The position numbers were made by a program, and so were the translations under genes. DNA of 64,000 nt from Acidobacteriota bacterium (GTDB taxonomy: Bacteria; Acidobacteriota; Vicinamibacteria; Vicinamibacterales; UBA8438). The DNA is taken from the NCBI GenBank assembly GCA_011523845.1, contig WTFV01000011.1:68871-132870 (forward strand), written 5' to 3'. Under the pieces are notes generated by a model. The model had not been told where the DNA came from, made no database searches, and saw only the letters and a list, made by a program, of their open reading frames with translations. This document shows, in pieces, positions 19,180 through 25,719 of the stretch. Position 1 is the first letter of the stretch. The number at the start of each line of letters is the position of its first letter.

Positions 19180-19298
19180 CGATCCGGTCGCCAGGACGGT
19201 GCCCTGCGGCTGGCGTTGTGGAGCGGGGAATCGAGTCGGACATCGACAACACGTCTGATACATGATCAGTTCATGGTCAACATGATAGCATCTGCCAC

Positions 19299-20420
19299 AT
19301 GATTCAGTCGCTTGAGGGGATGGACCTGGCCGATCGGCTGCGCGAGATGTCGAGTCGGATCAGGCAGCGGGTCGACAGCGTGAAGACCGAGGAGGCCACC
19401 AAGACCGCCCTCGTGATGCCGTTCATCAACCATGTGCTCGGGTACAACGTCTTCGACCCGGACGAGGTCGTGCCCGAGTTCATCGCCGACGTGGGCACGA
19501 AGAAGGGCGAGAAGGTCGACTACGCGATCTTCCGGGACGGCCAGCCGATCATGCTGTTCGAGTGCAAGCACTACGGCGTCGACCTCGGCAAGGAGCCCGC
19601 AGCGCAGTTGTACCGGTACTTCAGCGTCGCCGAGGCCCGGTTCGGCGTCCTGACCGACGGCGTCGTCTACCGCTTCTACTCGGACATCGACGAACAGAAC
19701 AAGATGGACGCGCGGCCGTTCCTCGAGATCAACATGCTCGACGTGGACGCGATCGACGTGGACGAGTTGAAGCGCTTCACGAAGACCTCGTTCGACCTCG
19801 ACCAGATCCTGAGCACCGCCAAGGACCTGAAGTACACGCGCGAAGTCCTCCGGCTGTTGACGAACGAGTGGAACGATCCGTCCGAGGCGTTCGTCCGGCA
19901 CTTCGCTGCCCAGGTCTACGACGGCGTCAAGACGAAGGCGGTGATCGAGCAGTTCACGCGGGCGACGAAGAAAGCGCTGCACCAGTTCGTTGCACGCCGC
20001 ATCAGCGACCGCCTGAAGTCGGCGCTCGAGAGCACCCGAGACGAGGCGCCGAGCGCGGCGGACGACCCGGCCGACACGGGTGCCGAGACGGCCGGCGCGC
20101 CGGAAATCGTCACGACCGAAGACGAGTACCAGGCGTTCTATGCGGTCACCGCGATCCTGAGCCCGGAGATCCAGCCCGACCGGATCGTGCTCCGTAACGG
20201 GAAGAGCCAGTGCGCGGTCCTGCTCGACAACACGAACAGGCAGCCGATCTGTCGGCTGTACTTCAAGTCGCGCCAGAAGAAGCTCGGGATCCTGGGGATC
20301 CTGGGTGAACAGAAGACCGAGGAGCGAGTAACGATCGAGTCGATCGGCGACATCTTCGGTCACGCCGACCGGATCCGGGAAACCGTGCGTCGCTACGACG
20401 CCGAACGCAACAACGGATAG
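19299..20420 (+). CDS. Stand-alone HsdR_N-like PD-(D/E)xK nuclease-fold protein with C-terminal extension
   Basis: 373 aa. EEATKTALVMPFINHVLGYNVFDPDEVVPEF...KVDYAIFRDGQPIMLFECK (D-x13-ExK) is the pattern of type I restriction HsdR N-terminal / Mrr-cat-like domains. No helicase or methylase partner is nearby. Confidence 0.65.
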   Translation: MIQSLEGMDLADRLREMSSRIRQRVDSVKTEEATKTALVMPFINHVLGYNVFDPDEVVPEFIADVGTKKGEKVDYAIFRDGQPIMLFECKHYGVDLGKEPAAQLYRYFSVAEARFGVLTDGVVYRFYSDIDEQNKMDARPFLEINMLDVDAIDVDELKRFTKTSFDLDQILSTAKDLKYTREVLRLLTNEWNDPSEAFVRHFAAQVYDGVKTKAVIEQFTRATKKALHQFVARRISDRLKSALESTRDEAPSAADDPADTGAETAGAPEIVTTEDEYQAFYAVTAILSPEIQPDRIVLRNGKSQCAVLLDNTNRQPICRLYFKSRQKKLGILGILGEQKTEERVTIESIGDIFGHADRIRETVRRYDAERNNG

Positions 20421-20758
20421 TGCCTCACAGTCGGAGAGCCGGTCGCCAGATGGCTGCATGTGCCTGATCGTCAACCGGCGTCGCCCTAAGCGCCTGTTGC
20501 CTGGCGGCGATCGCATACACGCGACCGCATGAGCATGCAGATATGCACGTGCGAGGGCGCATCCGATCCACGCCGTAGACCCCCGGATCGCGCTGTGGCG
20601 AATCCTCGTCCGTCCTGAGCGATTTCGGCCCGGAGCCGGAATCCGGACTGCATATGCAGAAGTCGCCCGGCACCCGTTTTCTTTTGACGCCAAGCGCTTG
20701 AATACGTCATTGGACGTGCTCCGAAAAGTCCAATAAATACGGGCGTTTTCGGTCCGGC

Positions 20759-20788
20759 GCGGCGTGATCACCCACCGATATAATCCCC
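20759..20788. repeat. Transposon right inverted repeat
   Basis: The reverse complement reads GGGGATTATATCGGTGGGTGATCACGCCGC. It shares GGGGATTA.AT and TGATCACGC with the left end. Further CCGAAA and TTTTCGG blocks are shared within about 75 bp. Confidence 0.8.
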
Positions 20789-20796
20789 TTCGGAAT
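20789..20796. repeat. Target-site duplication, right copy (TTCGGAAT)
   Basis: Identical to 12953-12960. Confidence 0.85.
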
Positions 20797-21186
20797 ATCC
20801 GTCGCCGCCCGGATCTCGGCGCACCCGAGCGTCTCGAACGCGAACCCGCACGCCGTGGCCGCGGCCTCGGTGGCGAAGCCCCGGCCCCAGTATGTCGGCA
20901 GCAGTCCGTACAGCAGTTGCAGCTCGGGCGGGTCGAAGAACTCGCGGAAGCCGACGAACCCGATCACCAACGGGTCGTCACGCCGCCTGACGGCCCACAG
21001 GCCGACGGAGCCGGTTCGGAACCGCCGCTCGCTGGCCAGAATCTCCGCCTCGACCCACTCCGCGGATACCGCTTGGCCGTCGAGCAGATAGCGCCGCACA
21101 TCGGCGTCGCAAAAGAAGTGACGCAGCGACGCGGCGTCGGACATCGCGACCGGCGTCAGATCGAGACGTGCCGTGCGCCGTGTCAT
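20789..21186 (-). pseudogene. GNAT (RimJ/RimL-type) N-acetyltransferase, 5' fragment interrupted by the transposon
   Basis: MTRRTARLDLTPVAMSDAASLRHFF...LWAVRRRDDPLVIGFVGF...LLPTYWGRGFATEAAATACGFAFETLGCAEIRAATDIP. Track ORF 20707..21186 then reads into transposon-end sequence. Confidence 0.8.
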
Positions 21187-21191
21187 ACGCG

Positions 21192-21386
21192 AGCCGTCGT
21201 CGCCATGGCCGGTCGAAGTCTAGCGCACGCGGCAGGAATCGCCGGCGACGGCGTGACGATTCACGCTGTTGGACAGTTATGCTTGACGTAACGTGGATAC
21301 GTGCCGCTACGGCGGGCACGGTCCGATGGCAGCGGGAACCGAAGCGTCGTGATCGTCGACTACCACCGGTGAGGAGCACAGGCCCA
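21192..21386. repeat. Copy 1 of duplicated res-5'-end / higB-tail junction segment
   Basis: 21192-21240 is near-identical to 35428-35476, including res codons 1-5 on the minus strand. GGGAACCGAAGCGTCGTGATC...CTACCACC...ACAGGCCCA recurs at 35501-35566 and partly at 36520-36557. Confidence 0.8.
21292..21372 (+). pseudogene. higB (RelE/ParE-family) 3' remnant
   Basis: A short frame opens after a TAA and ends ...SGNRSVVIVDYHR*, 13 nt before higA. VEIVDYH is the usual HigB C-terminus as I remember it. No N-terminal part is present. Confidence 0.45.
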
Positions 21387-21724
21387 TGCGTGAGCCCATC
21401 CACCCAGGCGAGACGCTGCGCGAGGATCTCGACGCCCTCGGCATGAGCGCGTCGGAGCTTGCGCGGCGCATCGAGGTACCGGTGCACCGCATCACTCAGA
21501 TTCTCAACGGCCGGCGCGCGGTCACCGGCGACACGGCGCTGCGCCTCGGGCGCTTCTTCGGAACCTCGGGCGAGTTCTGGCTCAACCTCCAGAAGCTCTA
21601 CGAGCTGCGGCTTGCGGAGCGCGAGAACGGCGCGGCGATCGCCCGGCTGCCCACCCTGGACGACGCCAGGGACCTGCACGCGGCTGCCCCGCCCGGCGCT
21701 TCCTCGGCTCCGGGATCGGCGTGA
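21386..21724 (+). CDS. higA: HigA-family antitoxin (XRE-type HTH)
   Basis: MREPIHPGETLREDLDALGMSASELARRIEVPVHRITQILNGRRAVTGDTALRLGRFFGTSGEFWLNLQ is the classic HigA/VapI pattern. Confidence 0.85.
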   Translation: MREPIHPGETLREDLDALGMSASELARRIEVPVHRITQILNGRRAVTGDTALRLGRFFGTSGEFWLNLQKLYELRLAERENGAAIARLPTLDDARDLHAAAPPGASSAPGSA

Positions 21725-21764
21725 TGAACGCGGCCCTTCCGGGCCTCGGAGACCGACGCATGGC

Positions 21765-22010
21765 CTACGCTCGTGCCGCCGGCCCGACCCGGAAGTCACG
21801 TGCGTGCGTGATGTCCGCATCGGTCACTGCACGTACCTGTGACGACGACACGGTAACCAACGCCGCCGTGTAACCATCCAGGGTCAGAAACTCCACCTCG
21901 AGAGCTTCACCGTCCCGATGGACGTGAACAATCGTTCCAACATCTCCGGCCTTCAGGCCCGGCTCGGCAAGGTCGTCCGTGAGCACGATGCGATCATGTT
22001 CTTCCAGCAT
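21765..22010 (-). CDS. DUF4926-like small protein (paralogue 1)
   Basis: MLEEHDRIVLTDDLAEPGLKAGDVGTIVHVHRDGEALEVEFLTLDG. About 85 % DNA identity to 23022-23249. Confidence 0.65.
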   Translation of the reverse strand: MLEEHDRIVLTDDLAEPGLKAGDVGTIVHVHRDGEALEVEFLTLDGYTAALVTVSSSQVRAVTDADITHARDFRVGPAARA

Positions 22011-22121
22011 TCCGACTCCCCAGCCGTCGGACTCCGCCAGCGCTACAAGGACTCTACGAGCGCCGGTTCAATGCGTCGATCCGGCCTGCTTGCGGTTGGT
22101 CATCTCTATGCGCCGTCCTCG

Positions 22122-22412
22122 TCAGACATCTATCGCCTCGCGCTCGACGTAGGGGCGTATCTCCGCCCGCAACTCCCGGGTCGTCGTCATGTCCACGTGT
22201 CGGCCCAGCAGGTCCTCCAGATAAGCCTGCGCTCCGAAATAGCGCCTCCAGTCGTGCGGCGCGTCGAACCGGACCAGGATGTCCACGTCGCTGTCGTCAG
22301 AGCCTCGATCGCGGGCAAAGGACCCGTAGAGGGCCAACTCGATCACCCCGAAGCGCCGGGCGAGCGTCGCCTTGTGCCGTCGAAGCAGACGGAGCACGTC
22401 GTTCCTCGTCAT
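22122..22412 (-). CDS. MNT-type nucleotidyltransferase (HEPN/MNT antitoxin-like), no HEPN partner
   Basis: 96 aa. LYGSFARDRGSDDSDVDILV is the GS-x10-DxD minimal nucleotidyltransferase motif. Downstream there is only an 11-codon ORF. Confidence 0.8.
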   Translation of the reverse strand: MTRNDVLRLLRRHKATLARRFGVIELALYGSFARDRGSDDSDVDILVRFDAPHDWRRYFGAQAYLEDLLGRHVDMTTTRELRAEIRPYVEREAIDV

Positions 22413-22520
22413 GGCGTCCTCGGTCGGATCGAGCCCGACGGTCGGGCGTGTCCGGAGATCGATGTCGCGGCCGAGTCACGAGAGGGATCGAAATCGGGCT
22501 CGTGTCCATCTGTGCGCGCC

Positions 22521-22736
22521 TCATGACTCATTCGCACCGCGTCCCTCGCCCGGTGCACTCTCCGTCGCGGCATTCATTGCGGCGATGCTGCTCTGCGGAG
22601 GCTGCACGCAGGTGCGGCCCGATGCGGCTTCCATGCTCCGGATGTGCCGGACAATGGCGTCGATGTCATAGTTGAAACGCGCTGCGAGCCTGTCGCGCAC
22701 GGCGCGCACCTCGGCCACAATCGGATCAGGTTTCAT
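22521..22736 (-). CDS. Small antitoxin-like protein
   Basis: MKPDPIVAEVRAVRDRLAARFNYDIDAIVRHIRSME. Its start overlaps the end of the upstream PIN-like ORF. Confidence 0.45.
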   Translation of the reverse strand: MKPDPIVAEVRAVRDRLAARFNYDIDAIVRHIRSMEAASGRTCVQPPQSSIAAMNAATESAPGEGRGANES

Positions 22737-23031
22737 CGTCGTCCTCCGCTACGACAAGCTGCTCCGGCGTGCACAGGAGCGGCGGGTCGATACCGGCGTC
22801 TCGACACACGGCCTCGATCCGTGGCCGCGCCGCGGCGGCATCGCGATCTCCCACCGCCGCTTCTTCCCGAACCAGTTCCGAAATCACCAACTCGAACCGC
22901 TCCTTCGTACCCGCCCACCAGTCTCGCGTGCTCTGCTGCCGCCCAGCAATCACTATGTCACGCGCGGGCCGGGCCGTCAGATAGCTGACGACGCTGGTTT
23001 CGACGTAGACACGCGGCTTCATCATGACCAA
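22726..23031 (-). CDS. PIN-like toxin homologue, apparently lacking the central catalytic portion
   Basis: The N-terminus VYVETSVVSYLTARP...FELVISELVREEA and C-terminus IEAVCRDAGIDPPLLCTPEQL resemble the two ends of 150-170-aa PIN-type toxins I recall. This protein is only 101 aa. Confidence 0.4.
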   Translation of the reverse strand: MVMMKPRVYVETSVVSYLTARPARDIVIAGRQQSTRDWWAGTKERFELVISELVREEAAVGDRDAAAARPRIEAVCRDAGIDPPLLCTPEQLVVAEDDDET

Positions 23032-23249
23032 CCGTCACGTGCGTGCGTGATGTCCGCAGCGGTCACTGGACGCACCTGGGACGACGACACCGTGACCAGC
23101 GCCGCCGTGTGGCCATCCAGGGACAGGAACTCCACCTCGAAGGCTTCACCGTCCCGATGGACGTGAACAATCGTTCCGACATCTCCGGCCTTCGGGCCCG
23201 GATCGGCAGCGTCGTCCGTGAGCACCACGCGATCATGTTCTTCCAGCAT
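23022..23249 (-). CDS. DUF4926-like small protein (paralogue 2)
   Basis: MLEEHDRVVLTDDAADPGPKAGDVGTIVHVHRDGEAFEVEFLSLDG. Direct repeat of 21765-22010. Confidence 0.65.
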   Translation of the reverse strand: MLEEHDRVVLTDDAADPGPKAGDVGTIVHVHRDGEAFEVEFLSLDGHTAALVTVSSSQVRPVTAADITHARDGWS

Positions 23250-23440
23250 CCCGCCTCCTCAGCGGATGCGCGCGATGAGGCGCGGCTCCCCCGTACTCGT
23301 CAATGAGCCAGACGGTTCGCCCCGACGGTTGCGTGCGTCCGGAATCTCCAGGACGCCTCCACACTGTACCGCGTCGGTGTCCATCTCGGCCTTCAGCGTC
23401 TTGAGCGCGCTGCAGGGATCGCGACCATCTTGCGCGTCGC
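23250..23440 (-). pseudogene. Possible DUF6883-like remnant, frameshifted
   Basis: Two minus-strand frames read ...GRTVWLIDEYGG and ...GEPRLIARIR*, directly upstream of the DUF4926 gene. The pairing of these families and the C-terminal pattern are recalled from memory only. Confidence 0.25.
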
Positions 23441-23442
23441 GC

Positions 23443-23581
23443 GTCGAAGGGATTGACCACGGGGACGCCGAGACCTTCGATGTCCGGGCGTGTTGCGGGG
23501 GACGACGGTCATGTCGTGCACACGGGCGGTCGCGGCCAGGCGTTCCGTTGCGGTCCTGGAAACACCGGTCAGCTTGTTCAA
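23443..23581 (-). pseudogene. vapC (PIN) C-terminal remnant, frameshifted
   Basis: ...ERLAATARVHDMTVV in one frame continues as RPDIEGLGVPVVNPFDA in another. This resembles a VapC C-terminus (IAATA..H.ltlvTrN..Df....v.v.NPF). Confidence 0.4.
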
Positions 23582-23606
23582 CCGCGGCTTGGATGCGTGT
23601 GCACGG

Positions 23607-25719
23607 TCACTGCCCCGCCCGCAGGTCGTCGAGGAACTCCGAGCCGGGGTCCACGCCCGTCACCAGCAGCCGGTCGCGGGCGCGGGTGCAGGCGACGTAG
23701 AGCAAGTGCCGCTCGGTGCCGTAGACCTCCTCCAGATCGGCGTCATCGCCCACGCGTTCGATCCGGGTCTGCAGAGGAATGACCTCGTCGTCGCACGCTG
23801 CCACCGCGACCGCCCGGAACTCCAGCCCCTTGGCGAGGTGCATGGTGCCGACCGCGACCGACCCGGACACGCCGCCGGACCCGTCGTCGAGCTGCACGGC
23901 GCGCATGCCCGCGGCCCGTACAGCCGAAAGCGCCCGGTCGATCTGCTCCAGTGACCTGACGAACACGCCGATTGCCTGCGGCGCGCAGCCCTCGCGCTGT
24001 CGCGCGCGAAGCCAGTCCGCGATGGCCTTGGTCTCGTCCTCCGGCGAATCGAAGGTCCTGACCTCGGGTGCGGGTCCGTTGAACACCGAGACCGTTGCAC
24101 CTCGCTGCTCCGGGTTGCCGTCGACGTCGGCCAGCTCGGGCGGCAAGAGCCGGTCCGCCTGTCGCCGGATCTGATGCGACGTGCGGTAGTTGATGCGCAG
24201 CGTATGGGATCGCCCCCGCACGTCGACGCCGAGGGCCCGCCAGGAGAATGGTGTCTGGAAGATCCGCTGTCCAAGATCCCCGGCGAAGAACAGGCCGTTC
24301 GGCCGGCTCCCGCCCAGGCCCGCCAGAAACCGCAGTTCCGCGACGCCGATGTCCTGGGCTTCGTCGAGGACGCAGAAATCGAACGGTGGATGCGCAGCCC
24401 CCGCCATCGTCGCCGCCACCCGTCCGAACATGCCGGGCTCCGTCAACCTCCCCCGCTCGGCGAGCGCCGATTGGACCCGCGAGAAGATCGACCACAGCAA
24501 CTCCCGCTGCTTCTCGGCCAACCGGGTCTTGCGGCCGAGCCGCTGCACGTCGCGGTCGTCCTCCCAGCTCGCAAGTTGCCAGGCGTCGACCACCGTGCTC
24601 CATTCCGTCCGAAGGAAGTGCGCACCGAAACGATGACCTTCGACATCGGCAGCCGCCTGCCGGAGCAGCTCCCGGATGTCTTCGTCCGTCGCCAGCTTGA
24701 GGCGGCCGACGTTCGCCGTGTAGAGGCGACGCCCAATGGCGCTCATCGAAATGCACCTCGAGACGCTCGGCGATCTGCGGCTCGTTCCCGATGAGGCGTC
24801 TGAGACGCGTTCGCAGCGCGGTGGCCAGCGCATCGGAGAAGGTGGCCAGCAGCACGCGGCTCTCTGGATGTGCGCGCGCCAGATGCACCGCCCTGTGAAG
24901 CGCCACGATGGTCTTGCCGGTGCCGGCCGAGCCCGAGACACGCGCCGGACCGGTGTACTCGCGTTCGACGAGCTGCCGTTGGGCCGGGTGCAGGAAGACC
25001 GTCCACTTCTCCCAGGGGTAGTCCAGCGCCCGCTCCAGCGCCTCCACGTCCGCCATCACCCGGAAGCGGCGCTGCGCGTCCGGATGCGCGAACGGATCGG
25101 CGCCCGCCACGGCAGGCGCCGGGCGGTCAGGGGCACCGCCGGTCGCAAGCTGCAGCAGTGCCTCGGCGGCCTCGCCCGGCAGGTGGTCGGCGAGGTCGAG
25201 CAGCGTGTCCTCCGTCGCGGCCCGCACGTCGTTCAGCCACTCGACGGGCACGCCGTAGCCCAGCAGATCGTCGTCCGACGCGTGGGCGAAGAACGCCGTC
25301 CGCGACGCCGCCGGTCTGCCAGCCGCGGCCCCTTCGGTGGACGCGGGGACGTCCACCTCCACATACCGCGGCACCCGAATCTCGCGAACCGTCTCGCGGA
25401 TCTCGACGAGTTGCGCAGCGCCCGTCGTCGGATGCCGTTCCAGTCGCCGTCGTTCGGCCCACTGGTACGCCGCGTCGTGATGATCGACGTAGCAGAGCAG
25501 GAAGCTGGAAGCGGTCCGGTGGACGATCAGCCGGATGTCGCGACTGACCCGAACGGACCAGAAGTCCTTGTCCTTCGCCCGGTCGACCTGGTGCAGCTTC
25601 AGGCCCGGATGCGCCGGGTTCATCTGCAGGTCGAACGCCGCGGTCTTGACCGCCTTCTGCTCGTCGCCGGTCAGCTTCGCGAGGCTATCGGTGAAGGTGT
25701 CGGCGATTCGGAACTGCAT
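23607..25719 (-). pseudogene. UvrD/Rep-family helicase with N-terminal RelE/ParE-like domain, split by a +1 frameshift near 24749-24751
   Basis: The upstream frame starts at 25719 (MQFRIADTF...KLHQVDRAKDKDFWSVRVSRDIRLIVHR...VDHHDAAYQWA) and carries Walker A GSAGTGKT. The downstream frame (track ORF 23607..24941) carries VLDEAQD, INYRTS, TMHLAKGLEF and YVACTRARD. 2113 nt = 3n+1. Confidence 0.75.

Larger units (their letters stand above)
12961..20788 (+). mobile_element. IS1595-family cargo transposon (7,828 bp)
   Basis: Bounded by imperfect inverted ends and the 8-bp direct repeat. Carries a single IS1595/ISXO2-like DDE transposase gene. Excising it restores an in-frame 175-aa GNAT ORF. Confidence 0.85.

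Noticed and set aside
19255-19275. Internal transposon end (TACATGATCA shared with the left IR), which would imply a composite element
   Set aside because: Only a 10-nt match. It lacks the GGGGATTA tip and the TGATCACGC block, and no flanking duplication is present.
24740-24760. Programmed ribosomal frameshift in the helicase
   Set aside because: I recognise no slippery heptamer or downstream structure. A T-run indel (mutation or sequencing error) is the simpler explanation.
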